This document shows, piece after piece, positions 9,258 to 17,843 of a stretch of 64,000 nucleotides of DNA. The position numbers and the translations under genes were made by a program. The stretch lies in assembly GCA_963816185.1 (NCBI GenBank), contig CAWFJJ010000029.1, forward strand, positions 320,001 to 384,000. The letters run 5' to 3'. The first letter of the stretch is position 1; each line of letters starts with the position of its first letter. The notes under the pieces were generated by a model. It was not told the origin of the DNA. It saw only the letters and a program-made list of their open reading frames with translations, and made no database searches. Origin of the DNA: Thermoanaerobaculia bacterium (GTDB lineage Bacteria; Acidobacteriota; Thermoanaerobaculia; UBA5066).

Positions 9258-9272
9258 TGGCACGCGGTGTGC
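9258..9272 (+). promoter_or_regulatory. Sigma54 -24/-12 promoter
   Basis: TGGCACGCGGTGTGC with exact GG-N10-GC spacing, just upstream of ATG 9287. Confidence 0.75.
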
Positions 9273-9286
9273 CCACGGGATTGGAG

Positions 9287-9883
9287 ATGACACCGCCTGA
9301 TCCCGCCGCGAGGAGCGTTTTCGAAGGCTCGCTCGAATACATTCCTCTCGCCGACATCATCCAGATGCTCCAGGTCGGGGCGAAGAGCGGCGTTCTGTTC
9401 CTGCGTCGCGACGACGGGCATAGCGCGGTCGTCGCGTTCCGCGACGGAGCCGTCATCCAGGCCGTCCACCGTGAGTCCTACCAGACGCTCGGCGACCGCC
9501 TCGTCGACGGCGGAGCCATCAATCGAATCGACCTCCAGGAGGCCCTCACGTACATGACCCGGTTTCCGGGCATGCGGGTGGGAGACGCGCTCGTCGAGCT
9601 CGGCAGCATCACGCGATCGCGGATCGAGGACGAGGTGGCGGCGCAGATGACCGAGACGATCGAGAAGCTCATCGGCTGGACCGACGCCGAGTTCGAGTTC
9701 CGGGTCGGACTCGTGTCGCCTGCGCGCGGCAACGCCATCGACCTCGTCCACGAGAAGGGGGTCTCGCCTCTTCACCTCCTGCTCGAGGCGAGCGCCCTTC
9801 AGGACAAGCGAAACCGGGAACGCGACCTTCTCGAGCGCGCTCTCGAGACCTCGGCGGCAAGCCTGGTCCGGGGGACGAGATGA
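9287..9883 (+). CDS. DUF4388 (PATAN-like) protein with MshEN-like insert
   Basis: EGSLEYIPLADIIQML...KSGVL...FRDG...W.DAEFEF; near-copy of the N-terminus of the next gene. Confidence 0.8.
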   Translation: MTPPDPAARSVFEGSLEYIPLADIIQMLQVGAKSGVLFLRRDDGHSAVVAFRDGAVIQAVHRESYQTLGDRLVDGGAINRIDLQEALTYMTRFPGMRVGDALVELGSITRSRIEDEVAAQMTETIEKLIGWTDAEFEFRVGLVSPARGNAIDLVHEKGVSPLHLLLEASALQDKRNRERDLLERALETSAASLVRGTR

Positions 9884-11103
9884 AGCAGGCTCACCGCGCG
9901 CAGAACAGCGTTCTCGAGGGGAGGCTCGAGGACGTTCCCCTCGCCGACATCGTCCAGGTGCTCCAGGTCGGCGCCAAGAGCGGCGCCCTGGTCCTGCGGC
10001 GCGGCGACGGGCAGACGGCGGTCCTCGCCTTCCGGGGCGGATCCGTCATCCAGGCCATGAGCACCGAGGCCTACCAGTCCCTCGGCGACCGGCTCATCGC
10101 CAGCGCGGCCATCAAGCGGCCCGATCTCCAGGAGGCCCTCGATTACATGACCCGCTTTCCCGGCATGCGGGTCGGCGACGCCCTCGTCGAGCTCGGCACG
10201 ATCAGCCGCGGGAGGATCGAGGACGAGGTGGCCGCGCAGATGGCCGAGACGATCGAGAAGCTCATGACCTGGACGGATACCGGGTTCGAGTTCCAGGTCG
10301 GATTCGTCGCTCTCCCGCGGGGCCTGCCGGCCCTCGCCCTCGACCTCCTTCACGAAAAAGGCGTCGAGCCCCGGCAGCTGCTGCTCGAGGCGAGCCTCCT
10401 CAAGGACAAGCGAAACCGGCAGCACCTCGGGGCGCGTGCGGAGGAGATTCCGGCAACTCCGCGGAAGGCTCGGGGGGAAGCCGAAAAGGCGGAGGCGACG
10501 GACGAGGAAGCCGACAAGATCCTGCGCTGGTTCAACGAGGGGGCGCCCGCCCGGCCCTCCGAGCTCGAAGATCTCTCCGGGGCGCGTACCGCCGCTTCGT
10601 ACCTCTCGATCAGCGAGGAGCTGTTCGTCGCCACGGGAAAGGGCGAGATCGGGCTTCTCTTCCTCAGGTATGCGAGCGAGCTCTACTCCGACGGCGGCCT
10701 CCTCATGAGAACGAAAGAGGGCTTCCAGGTGCTGGGCCAGTTCGGAAATGCGTTCTCGTGGGGCGAGGTCCGCGAGTCGAAGACCTTCTTCCCGGCTGGC
10801 GAGAGTCCGCTCTTCGACACGATCGTCGCCGAACGGCGGCCGTATTCGGGCTTCGTCGCCATGACGGGAACGGGCGGTCTCAGCCCCGTGTCGCCACGGA
10901 CGCCGGGTGCCCGCGTGGCGCTCGCGGTCCCGCTGCTCGTCCTCGGCGACGTCTCGCTGATTCTCTTCTGCCGGACGGCCGTGGCCAGCGCACCGGACGC
11001 GCGCGCGCTCATCGCGTTGGCGCGTCAGGTGTCGATCACTCTCGAGAACGCGGCGCTGCGCGAGGCCGCCAAGCGCGCGATTTCTCCTGCTGCCGTGGTC
11101 TAA
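9880..11103 (+). CDS. DUF4388 plus C-terminal GAF-like protein
   Basis: Same DUF4388 N-terminus; C-terminal LAVPLLV.G...LIALARQVSITLENAAL GAF ending; ATGA coupling. Confidence 0.82.
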   Translation: MKQAHRAQNSVLEGRLEDVPLADIVQVLQVGAKSGALVLRRGDGQTAVLAFRGGSVIQAMSTEAYQSLGDRLIASAAIKRPDLQEALDYMTRFPGMRVGDALVELGTISRGRIEDEVAAQMAETIEKLMTWTDTGFEFQVGFVALPRGLPALALDLLHEKGVEPRQLLLEASLLKDKRNRQHLGARAEEIPATPRKARGEAEKAEATDEEADKILRWFNEGAPARPSELEDLSGARTAASYLSISEELFVATGKGEIGLLFLRYASELYSDGGLLMRTKEGFQVLGQFGNAFSWGEVRESKTFFPAGESPLFDTIVAERRPYSGFVAMTGTGGLSPVSPRTPGARVALAVPLLVLGDVSLILFCRTAVASAPDARALIALARQVSITLENAALREAAKRAISPAAVV

Positions 11104-11170
11104 GATGATCGCGTGACCGCGCCATGCCCACGACCCGCCGCCGCGAGCGCCGTTCTCGAGGGATGCCCCC

Positions 11171-11965
11171 ATGACGGCCGCCGATAAGGCCGAGTCGCTC
11201 CGAGGCATGTTCCGGAACCTCGCGGAGCGAAGTCGGGAGCTCCGGGACGACCTGATTCGCGAGAACGAACGGCTTCGGGGCCGCGTCCAGCTCCTGGAGA
11301 ACGATCTCGTGAGGGCCGAAGGCATCCTCTCCAAGGAGTTCGAGGGCGCGAAAGGAGAGCACGAGCGCCTGAGAGGGGAGGCGGACAAGCTCGTGGAGGA
11401 GAACCAGGACTTCGCGCGGCGGTACGTCGAGCTCGAGGAGCACGCGACCGGACTCGCGAACCTCTACGCCGCGACGTTCCAGCTCCACGCGACGCTCGAC
11501 CCGACCGAGGTCGTGAAGACGATCACGGAAATCGCGATCAATCTCATCGGCGCGGCCGACTTCATCCTCTACCTCACCGACGACGCCAAGGGAGACTTCA
11601 TCGTCGCGGCCCGGGAGGGAGAGCGTTCGCCGAACGTCCCGCGGCTTCCGGCTCTGACGCATGCGCTCGAACGTGAAGCCGTCGGCGAGCGCCGAACCGT
11701 CTTCGCCGAGCTCGACGCGGACGCGACCGACGAGGAGAAACCTCCGATCTGCTGCACGCCGCTCGTCTTCCGGGATCGGCTCGTCGGCGTCCTGACGGTC
11801 TACGCGCTCCTCTCGCACAAGAAAAGCTTCTCCGGGCTCGATCGAGAGCTGTTCGACCTCCTCGGCGATCAGGCGGCGCTCGCGATCGTGTCGTCCCAGT
11901 GCTTCGTGACGGTCGATCGGAAGCTGAAGACCGTCCAGGGGTTCCTCGACCTCCTGAAGAGCTAG
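11171..11965 (+). CDS. Coiled-coil plus GAF protein (no output domain)
   Basis: Long coiled coil, LANLYAATFQLHATLD, PLVFRDRLVGVL...DRELFDLLGDQAALAI. Confidence 0.82.
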   Translation: MTAADKAESLRGMFRNLAERSRELRDDLIRENERLRGRVQLLENDLVRAEGILSKEFEGAKGEHERLRGEADKLVEENQDFARRYVELEEHATGLANLYAATFQLHATLDPTEVVKTITEIAINLIGAADFILYLTDDAKGDFIVAAREGERSPNVPRLPALTHALEREAVGERRTVFAELDADATDEEKPPICCTPLVFRDRLVGVLTVYALLSHKKSFSGLDRELFDLLGDQAALAIVSSQCFVTVDRKLKTVQGFLDLLKS

Positions 11966-11983
11966 GCACGCCGCGCGCCGCCG

Positions 11984-12018
11984 CTGTCTGATTCCCCGAC
12001 AGGTGGTTTTTCCGACAG
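11984..12018 (+). promoter_or_regulatory. Putative UAS, copy 2
   Basis: CTGTCTGATTCCCCGACAGGTGGTTTTTCCGACAG; contains the inverted repeat CTGTC-N9-GACAG and a second CCGACAG. Confidence 0.7.
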
Positions 12019-12053
12019 CCTTCGGGAGCCGTTCCGAATGCGCGGAAAGCCGC

Positions 12054-12066
12054 CAATCCCTTGATT
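12054..12066 (-). promoter_or_regulatory. IHF consensus site
   Basis: Minus strand AATCAAGGGATTG, a perfect WATCAANNNNTTR match. Confidence 0.65.
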
Positions 12067-12106
12067 CCAGAGAACCTGTCTCACCGCTCGTTCTCCGTTC
12101 CTCGGC

Positions 12107-12121
12107 TGGCACGGGGTGTGC
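12107..12121 (+). promoter_or_regulatory. Sigma54 -24/-12 promoter of the che operon
   Basis: TGGCACGGGGTGTGC (14/15 identical to 9258-9272), about 40 nt before ATG 12162 with GGAGG RBS. Confidence 0.8.
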
Positions 12122-12161
12122 GCTGGAGGTCGCGGAAGACCCATATCGAGGAGGCCAACAG

Positions 12162-12533
12162 ATGGTGCGAAAGAAGATCCTGCTCGTCGACGACTCCGAA
12201 ACGAGCCTGCTGATGTCGCGGATGATCCTCAGCAAGGCGAACTACGACATCGTCGTCGCGAAGAACGGCGCGGACGGCGTCGACCGAGCCGTCGCCGAGC
12301 GTCCCGACCTGGTCCTTCTGGACGTCGTCATGCCGAAGATGAACGGCTTCGAGGCCTGCACGGCGATGAGGGCGCGGCAGGAGACCGAGACGATTCCCAT
12401 CATCATGGTCACGACCCGCGGCGAGGGGGCGAGCGTCGAGAGCGGCTTTGCGGCGGGAGCGACCGACTACATCACGAAGCCCGTGAACGGACTGGAGCTC
12501 CTGACGAAGGTCCGGAACATCCTCGGAGACTGA
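12162..12533 (+). CDS. Single-domain response regulator (CheY/PilH-like)
   Basis: ILLVDDS, LLDVVMPKMNG, MVTT, YITKP. Confidence 0.9.
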   Translation: MVRKKILLVDDSETSLLMSRMILSKANYDIVVAKNGADGVDRAVAERPDLVLLDVVMPKMNGFEACTAMRARQETETIPIIMVTTRGEGASVESGFAAGATDYITKPVNGLELLTKVRNILGD

Positions 12534-12534
12534 G

Positions 12535-13306
12535 GTGTCCGCCGTGAGCGAGAGCGATCCCCTCGAGTCGTACGTCCGCAGGGTCCAGGCGGACACCCAC
12601 CGCTACGTCCACGACCTCCTCGGCGAGAACGAGAAGCTCCGGGTCGCCGCCGCGACCCTTCAGAGCGAGAAGGCGCGCCTTCAGGAAGAGATCTTCACGA
12701 CGCACGAGAAGCTGGACCGGCACAAGCTCGAGGAGCTGAAGCTCGAGCGCCGGCTGGCGGAGATCGCCGCGGAGAACCGGCGCTTCTCGGAAGAGTACGT
12801 GCTCGTCGAGCAGCAGAACTCGAACCTCGCGAACCTGTACGTGGCGAGCGCGCGGCTCCATTCCACGCTCGATCGCCGCGAGGTGCTCGCGGTGATCATC
12901 GACATCATCGAGTTCCTCGTGGGCTGCGAGCAGATCGGAGTCTTCGAGGCGAAGGGCGGGAAGCTGCATCTGGTCGCCTCGAAGGGTCTGGACGAGATCC
13001 GTTACGCGGAGATCACGATGGGCGAGGGGCCGATCGGACGCACGGCCCTCACGGGTCAGCCCTATCTGACGGTGGCCGGAAGCGGCGACGAAGACGGGTC
13101 TGACGGCCTGCATGCCCGTGAAGTTCCGGGACAAGGTCCACCACGTGATCACGCTGTTCCGCCTCCTCCCGCAGAAGGCCGGGCGGCTCGAGCCGGTCGA
13201 CCACGACCTTCTCAATCTCCTCGCGGGCGAGGCAGGGACGGCTCTCGTGGCCGCTTCGCTCCTGTCGCAGCCGGACTCGCTCGTGCTGAAGGACCAGGAG
13301 GCTTGA
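12535..13306 (+). CDS. Coiled-coil plus GAF protein (paralog of 11171..11965), one frameshift near 13098
   Basis: LANLYVASARLHSTLD; removing one G in GACGGGTCTG joins it to LTACMPVKFRD...DHDLLNLLAGEAGTAL (13112-13306), which aligns with the paralog. Confidence 0.75.
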
Positions 13307-13839
13307 TGGCCGACGCTCTCCCCGTCCCGGGCTTCGTGCCCGCGGCCGGAAAGAACGGGCGTGTTCCCAATTTGTCGGGGGGCGGCCGGCAGGTGCCGAG
13401 CGTCTATCTCTACCCGGGCGAGCTCATCGCCACGTCGGACCCTTCGGTGATCTCGACCGTTCTCGGATCGTGCGTCTGCGTCTGCCTCCTGGATCCGGTC
13501 ACGAAGAGCGGCGGCGCGAACCACTTCCTGCTCCCTCACCTGACGAGCGGGGACGGCTCGTCCTGCCGGTTCGGGAGGACCGCGATGGAGATGCTGTTCA
13601 GCCGCATGCTTTCTCTCGGCTGCCAGAAGCGGAATCTGACGGCCCGGATGTTCGGCGGGGCCTCGCAGTTCGAAGGAGCCCGGGACCGCGTCTCGATCGG
13701 ACAGCAGAACGTGCAGGTGGCGACGCGCTTCCTGGAGGACGAGGGGATCCCGATCCTCGTCCAGGAGGTCGGGGGATCGCGCGGACGCAAGCTCGTTTTC
13801 CACACCGAAACAGGCGACGTCTTCGTGAGGATGCTGTGA
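13306..13839 (+). CDS. cheD: Chemoreceptor glutamine deamidase CheD
   Basis: TVLGSCVCVCL, GGANHFLLP, ARMFGGA, IGQQN, EVGGSRGRK; AGGAGG RBS. Confidence 0.92.
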   Translation: MADALPVPGFVPAAGKNGRVPNLSGGGRQVPSVYLYPGELIATSDPSVISTVLGSCVCVCLLDPVTKSGGANHFLLPHLTSGDGSSCRFGRTAMEMLFSRMLSLGCQKRNLTARMFGGASQFEGARDRVSIGQQNVQVATRFLEDEGIPILVQEVGGSRGRKLVFHTETGDVFVRML

Positions 13840-15508
13840 CCGCGCCCGAGGACCTCGAGATGGAGTTCGACCGGGACGACCTGCTCCGGGTGTACCTCGC
13901 CGAGGCCGAAGAGCGGCTCTCACAGATGGAGGGCGGCCTCGTTCTCCTCGAGGGTCATCCCGAAGACGAGGAGCTCCTCCAGGCCATCTTTCGCGCCGCG
14001 CACACCCTCAAGGGGAACTCGGCGACGCTCGGGTTCGCCGCGCTCACCGAGTTCACTCACGTGCTGGAGGACCTCCTCGAGCGCGTGAGGAGCCGGACAG
14101 TGAACGTGACGGGCGAGCTCGTGTCGGTGCTCCTGGGCTCGGTCGACGTCCTGAGGCAGCTCCTTTCGGACGCGGCGAAAGGCCTCGACGGGATGAGCGA
14201 CTCGCAGCGCTCGTTCCTCGGGCGGCTCTCGGGCGCTCTGGAAGAGAAGACCTCCGGGCGCCCGTCGCTTCGCCCCACGGCACCGAAGAGATCCGAGCCG
14301 AAAAGAGCGTCGAGATTCCCGGGCTCAATCTCATGACGAGGACGCTGCGCGTCGATCTCGACAGGCTGGACCAGATGCTGGACCTCGTCGGCGAGATCGC
14401 GGTTTCCCGCGGCCGCCTGCGTCAGCTCCTGGAGCAGAGGAGCACCCAGGACCTCGAGGAGGCTCTGGAGGTTCACCAGGAAGCCGACCGCCTCGATATG
14501 GATCTTCAGGAGCTCGTCATGAAGATCCGGATGATTCCCGTGGGCCCGACCTTTCATCACTTCGCGCGGACGGTCCGGGATCTCGCGCGCACCCAGGGCA
14601 AGCAGGTGCGGCTCGTCACGGAAGGCGAGGACGTCGAAGTCGACATGACGGTCATCGAGCGAATCCGCGACCCGCTCACCCACATGATCCGGAACGCCGT
14701 GGATCACGGCATCGAGGCGCCCGAGGTCCGGGCGTCGGCCGGAAAGGACCCCTGCGGGTGCATTCGCCTCCGCGCCTTCCACGACACGGGCTCGATCGTG
14801 ATTCAGATCGCCGACGACGGGTCCGGTCTCGACCGGACGCGTCTCCTGGAGCGGGCCCGCGCGAAGGGGCTCGTCCAACCGGCGGAGGCGCTCAGCGACG
14901 TCGCCGTCGACCATCTCATCTTCGAGCCCGGCATCTCCACGTCCGAGGCCGTCACCGAAGTTTCGGGGCGCGGAGTCGGCATGGACGTCGTGCGCCGCGA
15001 CGTCGAGGCGCTTCGCGGCTCGATCGAGATCGAGACCGAGGTCGGCCGCGGCACGACGATCACGCTTCGGCTCCCGCTCACGCTCGCGATCATCGACGGC
15101 TTCGTCGTGAAGGCGTCCGACGAGACGTACGTCGTCCCCGTGGAGACCGTGATCGAGTGCATCGACCTCCCGGCGGACGAGCGCGGGACCGGCCTTTCCG
15201 GGCTGATCAACCTTCGCGGATCTCCGCTTCCCTATCTCCGCCTGCGCGAGCTCTTCGGCCTGCCGGGCGAGGCCGCAGCGCGCGAGAACGTCGTCGTGGT
15301 CCGAAACGAGGGGTCGCAGGCGGGCCTCGTCGTCGATGCCCTTCTCGGCGGGAGTCAGATCGTGATCAAGCCGCTCGGCCGGCTCTTCCGCGGCCTTCCC
15401 GGAGTCGCCGGCTCGGCGATCGTGGGGGACGGACGCGTCGCCCTGATCCTCGACGTGCCGAGGCTCGTGAGAACCGCGCTCAACCGTGAAATGTCTTACC
15501 AATCCTGA
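13836..15508 (+). CDS. cheA: Chemotaxis kinase CheA (Hpt-P3-P4-P5, no P2), split by a frameshift near 14260
   Basis: 13836-14336 Hpt IFRAAHTLKGNS; 14333-15508 LRVDLDRLDQMLDLVGE, HMIRNAVDHGIE, SGRGVGMDVV, CheW-like domain. Confidence 0.88.
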
Positions 15509-15519
15509 AGGAGAGTCAC

Positions 15520-16092
15520 ATGAAGGTCTTCAAAGTGTCGTTCGTCATCGCCCTCGCGGGGCTCCTCGCGAACACGATCTGGGCCGGGTTCGAGATCACG
15601 CCGGCCGTCCAGAAGGAGCTCGACAAGCAGGTCGGCCAGGTCAAGGCCTGGGCCGCGGACCCGGTGATCGTCAAGGCCGTGCTCGCCCAGAACGAGAAGG
15701 GGCCGATCGCGGGCATGGACAATTCGAAGTGGAAGATCTGCGCCGCAGCGACGCATTCGTGAAGGAGTTCCAGAGCAACCCGGCGGGCCAGTACCTCAAG
15801 CGGAAGATCGCGGAGTCCAACGGAACGTACTCCGAGGCGTTTCTCAGCGGCGCGCAGGGAGAGAAGGTCGCGTTCTTCGAGAAGACGTCGAGCTTATCTG
15901 CACAAGGGGATGCCCAAGTTCGACGTGCCCTTCTCGTCGGGGAAATCGTGGCAGGGGCAGCCGGAGTTCGACGAGAGCAGCCAGACCCATCAGATTCAGG
16001 TTTCCGTGCCCGTTCTGAGCGGGGCGAAGCCCGTCGGCGTCCTCGTGGTGGGCGTCAGCCTGACGAAGCTCGAGAAGGTCACGAAGAAGTAG
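15520..16092 (+). CDS. Stand-alone exported PDC/Cache sensor-domain protein, two frameshifts (~15738, ~15893)
   Basis: Signal peptide; the joined pieces read KAWAADPVIVKAV..QN / YSEAFLSGAQGEKVA / PEFDESSQTHQIQVSVPV..KPVGVLVVGV. Confidence 0.65.
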
Positions 16093-16141
16093 GGCGCGAA
16101 ACGAACGCGCCGCCCGCCATCGCGAAAGGAAGATTCGAGCC

Positions 16142-17829
16142 ATGAACAAGATCTGGAGCGCGAAATTGCAGACGAAGCTCGTCGGAGCCTTCGTAATCGG
16201 CAGCCTTTTGGGAGCCGGGGCGGTCGCGTGGAACCTGTCGAGCTTCCGCTGGGCGGCCTCCGCGTTCCACGTGGCGACCCGGGAAAGCCTTCCCGCCCTC
16301 GAGTACGTCAACGCGGTCGATCGGGACATGCAGAGGGCGCTCGTCGCCGAGCGCACGCTCATGTTCCTCCGGCAAGCCTCGGAAGAGGCCGCGCAAAAGC
16401 GCAAGGACCATGCCGAAAACCTTCAGCAGGCCAAGGAGCAGTGGGCCAAGTACAAGGCTCTCCCCGCAAGCGACGACGAGAAAGAAGCTCTGGCCGGACT
16501 TCGAGGGTTCCTTCGGCGAATGGGAAAAGACCACGCTCGAAGTGCAGGCCCTTCTCGCACAGGACATGGCGGACGCCCGAAAGGACGCCATCGACCTCTC
16601 TCTGAACGCGGGCGAAGAGAAGTTCACGAAGACCCAGGGCATCCTTTCAAACCTCGCGAACATCCGGCAGAAGAGCACCGAGGCTTTCGCCGGTAAGGTC
16701 CAGGCCACGGCCGTCCGGACGACGGTGCTCGCCGTGGTCGTTCTCCTGGCGCTTCGTCGGCTGCGGAGTCGCCCTCGGGCTCCTGTTCTCCCGCCTCATC
16801 GCCGGGTCCCTCAAAGACGTCGCCGCGCAGGCCGGGCGCGCCGCGGACGGCGATCTGAGCGTGCGGATCGCGGTGAAGAGCCAGGACGAGATCGGCCAGA
16901 TGGGCCTCGCGCTGAACCGGATGCTCGAGAGCTTCCAGAACGTCATCGTTCAGGTCCAGCAGTCGACCATGCAAACCGCTGACGCTTCCCGTCAGCTCGC
17001 CAAGGGCTCGGAGCAGCTTTCGAGCGGGGCCGGCGAGCAGGCCTCTTCCATCGAAGAGACGTCCGCGTCCCTGGAGGAGATGAGCGCGTCCATCACGCAG
17101 AACGCGGACAACAGCCGCCAGATGGAGGAGATGGCGCTGAAAGGGGCCCAGGAGGGCGAGGACAGCGACAAGGCCGTGAAGGAGACGCTCGAAGCGATGA
17201 AGGCGATCGCCGAGAAGATCTCGTTCGTCGAGGACATCGCGTATCAGACGAACCTCCTGGCCCTGAACGCGGCCATCGAGGCCGCGCGGGCCGGAGAGCA
17301 CGGGAGAGGCTTCGCCGTCGTGGCGGCCGAAGTGCGCAAATTGGCCGAGCGGAGCCAGGCGGCCGCGAAGGACATCAGCTCTCTGAGCGGCTCCAGCGTG
17401 AAGGTGGCCGAGCGGGCGAGCCAGTCGCTGGCCGAGCTGGTGCCGGCGGTTCGCAAGACCGCCGAGCTCGTGCAGGAGGTGGCCGCGGCCTCCCTGGAGC
17501 AGGCGAGCGGGGTCGCCCAGGTGAACAAGGCGATGACGCAAGTCGATCAGGTTACGCAGCGAAACGCGGCGGCGGCGGAGGAGTTCGCCTCGACCGCGGA
17601 GGAGATGGCGACCCAGGCGGAGAGCCTCCAGCAGCTCGTGGCTTTCTTTCGATCGGGCGAACAGGGGAACACCCCGGCGCGCCAGGCGCCGTCGCCCCGT
17701 CCGGCCGTCGAGAGCGGCGTCCGGCGCGCGCTTCCGCGGCCGGCGGCGCTCCATCCGGGGCTCGTGATCGCGTCCCCCGCCGCCGCGCGCGCGGCCGTCG
17801 GAACCGACGCGAACTTCCGGCGGTTCTGA
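16142..17829 (+). CDS. Methyl-accepting chemotaxis protein (4HB sensor, HAMP, 34H-like, C-terminal NFRRF), two frameshifts
   Basis: TM-4[44 protein letters not shown]; shifts near 16480 and 16755. Confidence 0.85.
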
Positions 17830-17832
17830 AGG
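17673..17832 (+). repeat. 160-bp direct repeat, copy 1 (MCP C-terminal tail)
   Basis: 158/160 identical to 19393-19552. Confidence 0.9.
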
Positions 17833-17843
17833 AAGAAGACGAT

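Noticed and set aside
12535-13839. Apparent novel GAF-CheD fusion (434-aa ORF)
   Set aside because: Produced by one extra G near 13098. The true GAF C-terminus is in another frame (13112-13306), and cheD has its own RBS and ATG at 13306.
13836-15508. Naturally split CheA (free Hpt plus kinase core, ATGA overlap)
   Set aside because: One added base at GGG/CCC near 14260 gives a continuous plausible linker, and the region is full of similar indels. It cannot be fully excluded without reads.
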